A stretch of DNA of 64,000 nt from Octopus sinensis (lineage: Eukaryota), in assembly GCF_006345805.1 (NCBI RefSeq), contig NC_043014.1:47802001-47866000 (forward strand), read 5' to 3'. The notes under the pieces are model-generated. The model was not told the origin of the DNA. It ran no database searches and saw nothing but the letters and a program-made list of their open reading frames with translations. Below are positions 43,146 to 55,849 of the stretch, piece by piece. The translations under genes were made by a program, and so were the position numbers. Position 1 is the first letter of the stretch. Every line of letters begins with the position of its first letter.

Positions 43146-44069
43146 TAGTGTAATTTCCCCTAACTATTTTATTAATATTCATAATTATCATTACTACATA
43201 ACATATACATATATGTGTGTGTGTTGATCACACACTTCTCCGTCCTTTAAATAAAACATATTCCATTGAGGTTCAATAAGACCGAAAGAAGTCTTTTACT
43301 ATTACCGGTTGCTTTTAAATTCCAGATATTTCAATTCTCCATTCTCCTAAAATTGCCAATTATGGTTTATCGGAGTAACCTCCCTTGTTTGAGTTTACGT
43401 TTTTAAAATCTCCAATGTCTATATAGGAGTTTTTAATTCCTAATTGTTTGGATAATCTCGCTTGATTAAAATATTTCGACTCACTAATAAATCATATGTT
43501 TGAAACCCTGCTCTGTTTAACCATCCTTTTGTCCAATGGATAGTTAGAAAGAATATATATCATCATTACTTATTGTCCATGTTCCCATATAGACACACAC
43601 ATACATACATACATACATGCATGCATGCATACATACATACATACATACATACATACATACATACATACATACATACATACATGTAGCTTGCTTACGAACC
43701 GCATGGTTCCGGGTTCAGTCCCACTGCGTGGCACCTTGGGTAAGTGTCTTCTACTATAGCCTCGTGAGTGGATTTGGTAGACGGAAACTGAAAGAAGCCC
43801 GTCGTATATATGTATATATATATATATGTGCGTGTATGTTTGCGTGTATGTGTTTATCCCCCCAACATCGCTTGACAACCGATGCTGGTGTGTTTACGTC
43901 CCCATAACTTAGCGGTTCGGCAAAAAGAGACCAATAAAATAAGTACTAGGCTTACAAAGAATAAGTCCTGGGGTCGATTTGATCGACTATAGGCAGTGCT
44001 CCAGCATGGCCACAGTCACATGACTGAAACAAATAAAAGAGTAAAGAGAGTTACATATATATATATATA

Positions 44070-44401
44070 AAGTGATGGTTTGTTGCCAACTTAATGTGAA
44101 AGTCCCAGGAAAGGGAAGAATGCTACTGCTATTTAACCCCAGGAAACATCGTTTCCAGTTGCCTATGTGATACAACCGTTCTGTGTCCTTAAGTTTTCAA
44201 ACAGGGAAGATAAGCACCTCCACCCAGCAAAACCAGCAGCCAGAGACTGGTTTCAGAGTCCGTTGCTCTTCATCATGTCCATGCTTATTCAATACTTGTA
44301 TCACATAGCCAACTGGAAGCGATGTTTCCTGGGGTTAAATAGCAGTAGCATTCTTCCCTTTCCTGGGACTGCCACATTAAGTTGGCAACAAACCATCACT
44401 T
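44070..44401. mobile_element. Long-TIR MITE (~100-bp near-perfect inverted repeats, TA duplication)
   Basis: TA|AAGTGATGGTTTGTTGCCAAC...GTTGGCAACAAACCATCACTT|TA. The same peptide appears in opposite-strand ORFs 43987..44175 and 44167..44409. Confidence 0.8.
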
Positions 44402-44804
44402 TATTGTGATGCTACTGTATAAGTCTCTCTGAGAGATTTAGAAATGCAATATTTCTAATTATATATATATCACTGTGATCACCATGACCAACCAGGCTAT
44501 CAGATATTGCTACACATTGCTGGTCACAATACGCTTTGCATTGTTTTAGTCTTCAAATAACGCCACCCAGCTGGCTAAGCGAGCAAGCCAACAGAAGAAA
44601 GAGTGAGAGTAAGTTGTGACGAAAGAGTACAGCAGGGATCGCCACCACCCCCTACCAGAGCCTCGTGGAGCTTTAGGTGTTTTTGCTCAATAAACACTCA
44701 CAAAGCCCAGTCTGGGAATTGAAACCACGATCCTACAACCGCGAGTCCACTGCCCTAACCACTGAGCCATTGCACCTCCATATATATATATATATATATA
44801 TATA

Positions 44805-45510
44805 TCTTTGGATGAAGATAGTTGTATGATGGATGAAGATAGTTGTGTGATGGATGAAGATAGTTGTGTGAAAAAGTGCCACACCCTAGCTGTTGAGGGA
44901 ACCTGTGGAAGAGGCAGACCCAGGAAAACCTGGGATGAGGTGGTGAAGCACGACCTTCGAACTTTAGGTCTCACCGAGGAAATGACCAGAGACCGAGACC
45001 TTTGGAAGTATGCTGTGCGTGAGAAGATCCGGCAGGACAAGTGAGACCATAACCCATGGCCTCAGTCCACTTATGCATACCTTTCCTTCTTGGGACACAA
45101 AACTCTACTTGTGAAGACCTGTTGAGGTAAGTGAAAATCAAAATCAAAACCAAAAATCAAAATCGATCAACATGAATGGAAATTGTAGCTCTGATACCAG
45201 TGCCGGTGGCACATAAGAGAACCATCCGAACGTGGCCGTTGCCAGCACCGCCCCAACTGGCTTCCGTAAAATGCACCATCCGATCGTGGCCGTTGCCAGC
45301 CTCGCCTGGCCTCCGTGCCGGTGGCACGTAAAAAGCACCCACTACACTCACGGAGTTGTTGGCGTTAGGAAGGGCATCCAGCCGTAGAAACATTGCCAGA
45401 TCAGACTGGGCTTGGTGCAGCCTTCTGGCTTCCCAGACCCCAGTTGCACCGTCCAACCCATGCCAGCATGGAAAGCGGACACTAAACGATGATGATGATG
45501 ATGATGATAT
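44805..45510 (+). mobile_element. RTE-clade LINE 3' end (RGRPRKTWDEVVKHDL...RDLWKYAV) with long 3' UTR and (GAT)n tail; second copy about 47270-47975; 3'-UTR-only copies about 1765-2085, 10100-10470, 19345-19645, 28300-28640, 31905-32045, 32415-32620, 33645-34010, 51300-51650, 55195-55440
   Basis: The GRPRKTW motif is typical of RTE C-termini. All copies share the CATGCTAGCATG-containing UTR and a (ATG)n/(CAT)n tail. Confidence 0.85.
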
Positions 45511-46974
45511 ATATATATATATATATACAAACACAAAGTGTTGTTGATAATGATGATGATGATCTCTCTCTCTCTCTCTTTATAAATTTTCATCATCATC
45601 ATCATTTAAGTCTGGCTTCCATGATAGCATGGGTTGGGTAGTTCAACAGGATCTGACAAATTGGAAGACTATGCCAGCTCCACCATTTCCTTTTGGCAGG
45701 GTTTCTACAGTCGAATATCCTTCCTAATGCCAACCATTTTACAGAGTACTCTGGATGCTTTTTAGATGCCATCAACAACATTAGTGATGTCACCAAGTAA
45801 CCTGCAAGACAAGTGGCTTTGTATGAGTGGGGTTGTAGAGATGAAAGCTGATTTTATGAAAAGTGTTCAGAGGCTAAAATATGATAGACCAGTGCTCTGC
45901 AACTGGTCTGCCACAAGACGATGCTAGGTGTTCTGCAAGGTAACCTGAATATAACTTTTTCCCCTATACTTTTAGTTATGCTTTTAGTTCAGGCCATGCT
46001 GCTGAATTTTGAAAAGTGGTGGTGGTGGTTGTGGCGGCGGCGGTGGTGGTGGCAGTGGTGGTGATTGTATGTATGTTGTTGTTGTTGGTGGTGGTGGTGG
46101 TGGTGGCAGCAGTGGTGGTGGTTGTATGTATGTTGTTGTTGTTGGTGGTGGTTGATTAACCCTTGAACAACCCTATTTGAGCAGAACTGAAACCAAAGGT
46201 ATGCCAGCCATGACTATCCCATCGGTTGTCTATGTTACAGAGAGCCCCAGAACTACATCGTTAAATGTGTCCAGAGTGGAGGAATTGAGATGAGTTGGGG
46301 GAAATGATCTGAAGGAGATTTAATGGTAACGTGCCCTTGGTTGACTGACGATATCAAAGTGTTTGCTGGGGCCATAAGAACTTTCCAATGAAACATTTAA
46401 CGAAGTAGCAAGGACAAACAAAGAGATTCTGGGTTCAAACTCAACAAACATACCTATTTTTTACTACCCACAAGGGGCTAAACACAGAGTGGACAAACAA
46501 GGACAGACAAACGGATTAAGTCGATTATATCGCCCCCAGTGCATAACTGGTACTTATTTAATCGACCCCGAAAGGATGAAAGGTAAAGTCGACCTCGGCG
46601 GAATTTGAACTCAGAATGTAGCAGCAGATGAAATACCATTAAGCACTTTGCCCGGCGTGCTAACGTTTCTGCCAGGTCACCACCTTAACAAACTCAACAA
46701 ACATACCATTTCATGAAAAACAAAACAACAAAGAAAGGAAAAACAAAGAATCTTGAAAGCAAAGAACTTTCTATTGTTATCAATGATTAATCTTAGAATT
46801 GGTAACAGAATGGTGTTAATGGAACAGATTGCCAAAGAAAGCTAAGTGACTGATCAGAAGTGATATATTTGTTCCTGTCTTTAGTTTAATTTTCTGATTA
46901 TATTTACAAAGGAATTCTCTTATAGGAATGTAACCTGAAAATGAAACAAAGGTATATAATACACATGCACTCAT

Positions 46975-47078
46975 GTATATCTATCAATCTATCTATCTAC
47001 GTACCTATCTATTTATCTATCTATCTATTTATCTATCTACCTATCAATCTATCTACTTACCTATCTATCTATCTACCA

Positions 47079-47147
<69 letters not shown>

Positions 47148-47173
47148 CTTATCTATCTATCTATCTATCTACC

Positions 47174-47260
<87 letters not shown>
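46975..47260. repeat. (TATC)n followed by (CA)n microsatellite
   Basis: Directly visible. Confidence 0.97.
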
Positions 47261-47261
<1 letters not shown>

Positions 47262-49659
47262 GAAAGTACCTAGAGAGAAGCATCAGTTGTGGTGTGCAAG
47301 AGAGACGTTTGTGCTGGTATGGACATGTGGCGAGAATGGATGAAGAATAGTTGTGTGAAAAAGTGCCACACCCTAGCAGTTGAGGGAACCTGTGGAAGAG
47401 GCAGACCCAGGAAAACCTGGGATGAGGTGGTGAAGCACGACCTTCGAACTTTAGGTCTCACTGAGGAAATGACTAAGAGACCGAGACCTCTGGAAGTATG
47501 CTGTGCGTGAGAAGACCCGGCAGGACAACTGAGACCATAACCCGTGGCCTTCTACATGGGATGTAGCCAGTCCACTTATGCATACCTTCCCTTCTTGGGA
47601 CACAAAACTCTACTTGTGAAGACCTGTTGAGCCAAGTGAGAATTGAAATCGATCAATGGAAATTGCAGCTGAGTTACCAGTGCCGGTGGCACATAAGAGA
47701 ACCATCCGAACGTGGCCATTGCCAGCGCCGCCCCGACTGGCCTCGTGCGGTGGCACGTAAACAGCACCATCCGTTCGTGCCGTTTGCCAGACTCGTCTGG
47801 CACATAAAAAGCACCCACTACACTCATGGAGTGGTTGGCGTTAGGAAGGGCATCCAGCCGTAGAAACATTGCCAGATCAAACTGGGCCTGGTGCAGCCTT
47901 CTGGCTTCCCAGACCCCAGTTGAACCGTCCAACCCATGCTAGCATGGAAAGCGGACGCTAAACTATGATGATATGATGATATCATCCAGCAGAGCATACT
48001 AGCCTCATTTCACTCTAGCCTTTATCTGTCCACTGCATTTAAGGTACATCTCTCACTACCATGTAGGATTGCTGTTCATATGCATGCATCATGCAATCTT
48101 CCTTTCACTCAGAGTGAGAAACCTTTTGGTTCCCAACAAAGGCAAAAGCTCTCTGGATTTTCTACATCCTATTTTTATTCTAGCTATTACACTCTCTGTA
48201 CATCCTCCCCCACAACTACTAATTTGTCCTCTAAGTAGCAGAAATTATTCACTACCTCTAAAAATCCTCTGGGGCAATTGAGAAAATTAATTTCTTGTGT
48301 ATCTGTAGTTTTTATGGCTCCTGTGCATTTTTCTGTTGTAAAGTGGGTTCTTCTCACTGGTGTGATGTGTAACTGTAATTGTACTGTAGTTGCTGTTTAC
48401 ATTAGTAGCCACAATAGTTATTAGTCATCAGATATTGTTGTATCTCTTCATGCTAAAATAATAATACACTAACTTTTGTCTTACTATCGCTGATAGTTCC
48501 ACAAGACACTAACTAGAACTGTCAAGTCCCAACTCTTTGACTCTCGACCCTCTCTTGACGACTGGGTACTGGTTTGTTCATAATGGCTGACTCCTACCAC
48601 TTTTTACCAGGAGGGGTTATACAGTTTCGCTATATAGCACTTCCACATGCGAGCACTACTTTCTCTGATAACCTTCCTATTATTCCACTGCACCTCTTGT
48701 ATATCCATAGCTTACACTGGGTACACCATATGGAATTCCTGCCTACAACTTTCCTACAGGTTGAGCAAGGCCACTCACTTATTTGAGACAAGCTCTTTAG
48801 GCATGGAAACACCAACAGCCAAACCTGGCCATGATGCATGTAGGAGGATGAAACCATCTTACAATTGTTCAGTATCCTTGTATTAATTAATGACTTTTGA
48901 GATGGTATCATGAAACAGTTGCTGTCTTATGTAAGATGAATCTGGCTATCTGCTGAACATATAGTGAAGATTGAAGCATCACCTTCTTTGACAGAGAAGG
49001 GAGGCAGACTTTTCTCTGCTTAATAGCTGTGGTGAAAGAGGTTGTGTAGTGGGCCCATCTGAAAGGTTTGAAGACAGACTCTGACCAAGCTTTCATCAAT
49101 TTCTTCATGTATCATTTAAAGAGTAAGGTATGGGTAGAGAAGGAATTGCTGCCTTCCAGTGTGTTTATCAAAAGGTAGATGAGAGTGCAAGACTGGTAAG
49201 CCCAAATGGGCCTACACTGAGTAAATAAGAGGAAAGGCCAAGTAAGAAGAGAGAAACTGGAAGAGGGCCTTTCTGATGCCTCGGTAAAAGCAAGAGTAAT
49301 CTGTACCTTTTTGCATTGGGATTCCCTGAATTACTCTAACTGGATGGCCCTGGTGTTGGGGTTTTTTTCATCTATCTATTTTCCTGAATTCTATCTTTAT
49401 ATCTTTTTCTATATCCTTATTGGATCTGTGTGTAGTCCTCAATGACATGGGACCTAGTTGCCATAAAAGAAATCATTATTATTAGTAGTAATAATAGTTA
49501 ATATAACTATAATTTCTGTCATACGCAGGACACAAATTCGAGGAATAGGGTTTAGTTGATTAAAGTGATCCAATACTTGACTAATAGTTTATTCCATTGA
49601 CCCCGGAAATGTAAAAAGCAACTTTAATCTGGACGGAATTTAAACTGAGACAGATGTTA

Positions 49660-49740
49660 GTGAACACCGCAACGAGTTACTTCCCTTGAATATTTTATTT
49701 TGGAAAAACTAAAGCGAAGTTTTGATGTTGGCTCCTTCAG
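49660..49740 (+). other. Candidate non-coding first exon of AAR2
   Basis: Donor-like CAG|GTAGGT at 49740/49741. A matching acceptor ttttcag at 50896 lies upstream of the AAR2 ATG. The exon start is a guess. Confidence 0.3.
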
Positions 49741-49962
49741 GTAGGTTGACGTTTCTCCACTAAATGGGGCTTCCTTGGTGGAGGTGGGGATCAGTCAATT
49801 ACATCAATCCCAGTGTTCAACTGGTACTTATTTTTATCGACCCCGAAAGGATGAAAGGCAAAGTCAACCTTGGCGGAATATGAACTCAGAACGTAGTGAT
49901 GGGGCGAAATACCACCAAGCATTTCATCCAGTGTGCCAACGATTCTGCCAGCTCACCACCTG

Positions 49963-49963
49963 C

Positions 49964-50037
<74 letters not shown>

Positions 50038-50320
50038 TAATAATAATAATAATGATAATAATAATAATAATAATAATAATGATAATAATAATGATAATGA
50101 TAATAATAATGATAATAATAATAATAATATAATAATGATAATAATAATGATAATAATAATAATATGATAATAATAATAATAATAATAATAATGATAATAA
50201 TAATGATAATGATAATAATAATGATAATAATAATAATAATAATTAATAATAATAATAATAGTAGTAGTAGTAGTAGTAGTAGCAGCAGCAGCAGCAATAA
50301 TAATAATAATAATAATAATA

Positions 50321-50394
<74 letters not shown>

Positions 50395-50417
50395 TAATAA
50401 TAGTAGTAGTAGTAGTA

Positions 50418-50453
<36 letters not shown>
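49963..50453. repeat. ~490-bp compound trinucleotide microsatellite (AAT/GAT/AGT/AGC)
   Basis: Directly visible; the source of the poly-N/I/L/Y ORFs. Confidence 0.98.
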
Positions 50454-50455
<2 letters not shown>

Positions 50456-50964
50456 GACTTGTAGTGTAAGTACATGTGAAGCTATATGGCTTAGTGGTTT
50501 GGGTGTTGGACACACAATTGTAAGATTGTGGTTTCAATTCCTGGACTAGGTGATGTGTTGTGTTCTTAAGCAAAACATTTCGTTTCATGTTACTTCTATC
50601 ACTCAGCTGGTAAAAATGAATAATCCTGTAACGGACTGGTGTTGCATTCAGAGAGGACTATATATGACAGGGAAACTGGGAAGCAGCCCTATGCTTCTTA
50701 GGGAGTAATGTGGATTAACCAATATCAGTTCAAGGGTAGCAGTTTTGAGGAGAACGGTTTAGTTAATTTCCTATAATTTGCATTGGTAATTCTGTTGAGA
50801 AAGACATGAACATCTTTCATCATCATTCTTCTCACCTGTAAATATAAGATGTTATGTTAGAAATGTTAATTAACTAAAGAAATGTTAATTTTTCAGCTCA
50901 GTAATGAGAATGCTAATCTGATTGTGTCAACCCATCAAGAAAGAAGATAAAGGCTCCCTGGAAC

Positions 50965-51131
50965 ATGGATCAGGAAACAGCACAATTGTTGTTTAAAGAA
51001 GGGGCTATTTTCATCCTTCTTGATGTTCCCCTGGGCACAGAGTTTGGCATTGATTATAACTGTTGGGATGTTGGACCCAAATTTAAGGGTGTCAAAATGA
51101 TCCCACCTGGAGTTCATTTCATATATTACAG
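50965..51131 (+). CDS. AAR2: AAR2 splicing factor coding exon 1 ([55 protein letters not shown]+AG), 167 nt
   Basis: Diagnostic [24 protein letters not shown] motif. In-frame TAA at 50914-16 upstream fixes the start. Donor AG|GTATAT. Confidence 0.95.
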
Positions 51132-51800
51132 GTATATATCTTTTATTCATTTTTAAAAAAATAAACACAAGAGCTTTAATTCAAGCCTAATTCCAGAATC
51201 ACCAAATACAATAGATATATTAATCCAATTTGTTGAAAGAAACAACAATATTAAACTGTCTCATTGCACCAGATATTTCAGGATAGCATTCCACTAAGAC
51301 ATCATCATCATCATTTAACATCCGCTTTCCATGCTAGCATGGGTTGGACGAATGACTGAGGGCTGGCGAACCAGATGGCTGCACCAGGCTTCAATCTTGA
51401 TCAGGCAGAGTTTCTACGACTGGATGCCCTTCCTAACGCCAACCACTCTGAGAGTGTAGTGGGTGCTTTTATGTGCGACCGGCACGAAGGCCAGTCAGGC
51501 GGTACTGGCAATGACCTCGCTCAAATCTTTTACACATGCCACCGGTACAGGTGCCAGTAAGGCGATGCTGGTAACAATCACGCTCGAATGGTGTTTTTGG
51601 AGGCCAGATAGCCGCTCTGGCGACGATCACGCTCGGATGGTGCTCTTAATACCCTACGAGCATGGGGCTCGAGTGCCAGTATTAAATATACTGCATATTA
51701 AATATTTCATCACTAATAATATACTGTACTATACACTGCACATAGACCAAACATAAGTTGATTTACTCTGTACACACACACACAAATATATAAATATATA

Positions 51801-52650
51801 CAAGGGTTGGGAAAAATAAAAGAAACCTTGTTAAATGAAAGATTTATTATTTAATATGAGAGTGATCCATCTTTGGCTTCAAACACAACTTTAATATGTT
51901 AAAGAATTGTCTTGTACAGGTTTAATATAAGACTGGTCCACCTTTGGCTTCAAGCACAGCTTTAATATGTTAAAGAATTGTCTTGTACAGGTTTAATATA
52001 AGACTGGTCCACCTTTGGCTTCAAACACAGCTTTAATATGTTAAAGAATTGTCTTGTACAGGTTCTGTCTGAACAGTTGTTAAGGAAATTTTGAGCCATT
52101 CTTCAAGTAAAACCTGCTTTAGCTCTTTCATCAATGATAGCAGACAGTATCAGCTTCTCACTTACAGCTCCAAAATGCACTTTAAATGTTCAATTCTATT
52201 GAAATTTGGTGATTATTGGGGCCAGTCCAAGTGGCTTAATTCACTTTTGTGCCCTTTGTACCAATTTTGAATACCATTAGCTCTGTGAACTCGCATGTTA
52301 TTGTTTCGGAAAAATGTGCTATCATCATACGGTCAGGAAATAATGTTTGTACCATAGCATTGATGTAGTCCTCCAAAATACTCAGATAATCCTTGCGTTA
52401 ACTCTGCAATGTAGCACAGCTAAAGGGCCAAGAGAATTCCATGAAGTAGCTGTAAAACCTTCACAGAGCCACCTTCATGCTTCGCAGGAGTGAAACAGTC
52501 AGGGTTGAAGGTTTCTTTGGTCCGTCTCCAGACATAAACTCAACCCAAAGTGAGAGAAAAAGCTAAATGATGATTCATTAGAGAAGATGACTTAGTACCA
52601 TTAAGCTATGAACCGCTTCTGATTATCTGGACACCACTTTTTAGAAACTT
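51801..52650 (-). mobile_element. Degenerate Tc1/mariner transposon 3' part, with a triplicated ~71-bp C-terminal segment
   Basis: TA|CAAGGGTTGGGAAAAATAAAAGAAACC terminus. Minus-strand remnants WP(N)N..I...NI.SA.W and I.AV.EAKGGP..Y*. Confidence 0.7.
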
Positions 52651-53178
52651 CAGTTTAGATATACAATGGATGGAAGCACTCTGTCGGTTACGACGACGAG
52701 GGTTCCGGTTAATCCGATCAATGGAACAGCCTGCTCGTGAAATTAACGTGTAAGTGGCTGAGCACTCCACAGACACGTGTACCCTTAATGTAGTTCTCGG
52801 GGATATTCAGCGTGACACAGAGAGTGACAAGGCCGGCCCCTTGAAATACAGATACAACAGAAACAGGAAGTAAGAGTGAGAGAAAGTTGTGGTGAAAGAG
52901 TACAGCAGGGATCACCACCATCCCCTGCGGGAGCCTCGTGGAGCTTTAGGTGTTTTCGCTCAATAAACACTCACAACACCCGGTCTGGGAATCGAAACCG
53001 CGATCTTATTACCGTGAGTCCGCTGCCCTAACCACTGGGCCATTCCGCCTCCACTTTAGATATACAGATGCAACATTAACAGAAAAAACAAAAATCTATG
53101 ATTTTACTTCTGTTGCCATGGTTGAGTTGATATTGTTGTGGTTGAGTTATTTATCTATATTTTTCTGCAGTTAAAACA

Positions 53179-53554
53179 TCTCTCTCTATATAAACGGCAA
53201 AATGTCTATCTGTGTGTGTGTGTGTGTGTCCTTTATACAAATCCACAATTTTTCAGTTAGAGGGCTCACACTTTCTATGGTCATTCAAAACCATCCAAGG
53301 GTTGTCGTGCACATCTTTACATTTCCCCAGTCACCTGGCAAAGCCATTAAAAAATCAATAGAAGTGACTTTTTTGTGAATTTTCTATCCAAAACCCAACC
53401 AAAATACTCGAAACTTGATACAGCAATTGAATGCCAGCTAGCTGTATGTGATTGGTCAGAGATTTGGACAGTACTTGCGTGTATGTGCGCACGCATGCAG
53501 CTGTATATGCATGCACTAGCACTATGACCCAGCGTTGCTGGGTCATAGTGCTAG
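53179..53554 (+). mobile_element. Non-autonomous Helitron-type element with an extended perfect 3' palindrome
   Basis: A|TCTCTCTCTATATAAA start, internal (TG)n, CTAG|T end. 19-bp perfect arms at 53515-53555. Confidence 0.7.
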
Positions 53555-53749
53555 TTCTTAATAATTTGTTTCATTTGTTGACATTTTTCAGTTTCCAGGA
53601 TACAACACTAACCTTTAACCTATTCACTTTCACCTTACAACACTGACCTTTTACCTCTACATATTGATTTTACAGTGCTATGTTGACCATGAGGTCTCTT
53701 ACATTCTGCATCAACATACCATTCCACTATAACCAAATTATACTTTCAG

Positions 53750-53850
53750 TGCCAAAAACAAAGAAGGACAAGTGGCGCCACGTACTGGTTTCTTTCACGA
53801 ATTCAAACAGCGGGAAATTATCTTAAGAAAATGGGACCCTCTCAATGAAG
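53750..53850 (+). CDS. AAR2: AAR2 coding exon 2 (SAKNKEGQVAPRTGFFHEFKQREIILRKWDPLNE), 101 nt
   Basis: Manual translation, PR.GFF motif. Acceptor tactttcag, donor AAG|GTATGT. Phase 2 in, phase 1 out. Confidence 0.92.
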
Positions 53851-53989
53851 GTATGTCTTTAGGTTTGCTCTTCACCCGTTTTTGACTGTCCGTAGTTTGA
53901 ATGAATCTTGTGATGGAGGAATCGCTGAAGCATGTCTTATCTTCCAACATACCTAACAAAAACATTCAGCTTATATCTTCTTCCATGTT

Positions 53990-54530
53990 ATTTTCATATG
54001 ATTTTTTTTTTTCGTAAAGCATTCGCTCATTACAAGGTCCTTAGACCTCTGAAAACGTAAGAGCTACTAGAATAAAATGGACGCTGGACTGAAGTCAGTA
54101 GGTGATGATGTACATGAGACTTAAAAGACTGGAGGTCATATGGAAGAGGAAAACAAGATTGTGGAAGGGAATTCCAAAGTTCAGAGGTGCGAGGGAAGAA
54201 ACTGGTACTGTAAAGCGCTTTGTGACACTTAGGCAGTTGCACAGTATACTGATGAGAACTGGATGCAAGTTTAGTTCATTGCTAATAAGTTCTTAAAAGA
54301 GGAACCACAGAAGAGAGCTCAGCTGACAATGTCCATGAAAATACTTACAGAAAAGGGACAAGGAAGCCACATGATGACGAATGGAGAGTGAATCCAATTT
54401 AGAAGATAGATCAGGACCAATACAAAAATGGTGTTGAAGATGGCGGAGACATAGTGGGTTTTGGAACATAAGGCAGCTGGGGCGAGGTATTATGTGTTTG
54501 GGACATAGGTTAGTTGTTTGAGACACTGGG
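53990..54530 (-). mobile_element. CR1-group (Daphne/Crack-like) LINE 3' fragment
   Basis: VASLSLF.KYFHG.C and SFFPRTSELWNSLP..CFP..YDLQSFKS motifs. Confidence 0.7.
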
Positions 54531-55752
54531 GGTATTGGGACATAGATCAGTAATGAGAAATAGGTTCCACATTATAAGATTTTCAGGAACATAACATTGG
54601 TGGGAATGCCTATATTCTCAAGTTATCTGCTTCTTCCAACTGTCATTATACAAGAGAGATAATGTATACTGTTTGCATTAGTTGGACTGGTATCCTCACC
54701 TTGATGGTTGGCTTTCACTACATTTTGGTTGTGCACACTCCAGCCTTCTTCTGGTATCTTGTGATTCACAAGATACCGGAAGAAGGCTGGAGCATACAAC
54801 AGCTGAAATGGTGTGAAAGCAACTATCAAGACGAGGATATATGTGTATCCGATACACATATTTTCATCAACATCATCACGTCCACGTTCCATGCTGGTAT
54901 GGATTGGACAAAACTTGTTGAGGTAGATTTTCCTGCAGTATGATGCTCTTCCTGTTATCACCTTTTAACCGGTTTTCCAAAGAAGATATTTTCATTCCTC
55001 TAATCTTCACATATTGAGAGTGAAGGTACTGAAACTATGAGATCTTGTTAAACATTTCAAAATGTTTTGAAATATTTTCACAGAGGAAGGTCTAATGTAG
55101 TGGATGTATTTCCTATTATATATTACACAGACCTGAAACATAATCATTAAAGGATTTCAAAATATCACTATTTGGTTTGACTTGATTATTACATCGTCAT
55201 CATAGTTTAACGTCCGTTTTCCATGCTAGCATGGGTTGGACGGTTTGACCGGGGTCTGGGAAGCCAGGAGGCTGCACCAGGCTCCAGTCTGATCTGGCAG
55301 TGTTTCTACAGCTGGATGCCCTTCCTAATGCCAACCACTCCATGAGTGTAGTGGCTGCTTTTTACGTGCCACCGGCACAGGTGCCAGGGGAGGCTGGCAA
55401 TGGCCACGATTGGTCGTGCTTTTTACGTGCCACCGGCACATGTATATATATTTTAAATATGTATATATATTTCAAATATGTGTGTGTGTGAGGCATAAAA
55501 TAATATCCCTATTAAGTGTTGTCACTATTTGCATGTGCTGTAAAAAATGTGTCTGGCTGTTGAGCAGTCTATCATTCAAAAAGCAGGGGAAATTGTGTCT
55601 TGCTTGGAAACAACAGGAAGGACATCAGCTATAAAAGTCTCCTCTCAGTAAGTCTCCTCTAACTCATGTTAATATGGAAAAGGCAAACATTAAACCAATG
55701 ATGATGATGGTGTGTGTAAGGATTAGCCTCATTGTCTTTAATCTTATTTCAG

Positions 55753-55849
55753 ACATTAAAGCTGAAGAAGCCAACCCAGATGTTATGGAAAGTTATGAAA
55801 TAAACAAGCAAGAGTTAGACCAATATTTAGCTCCTTATCCATATGACAA
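55753..55849 (+). CDS. AAR2: AAR2 coding exon 3 (DIKAEEANPDVMESYEINKQELDQYLAPYPYD+AA), 97 nt
   Basis: ELDQ.L.PYPY motif. Acceptor ttatttcag, donor AA|GTAAGT. Phases consistent. Confidence 0.93.

Noticed and set aside
49775-50588. Poly-N/I/L/Y ORFs up to 211 aa
   Set aside because: Trinucleotide microsatellite with no splice or homology support.
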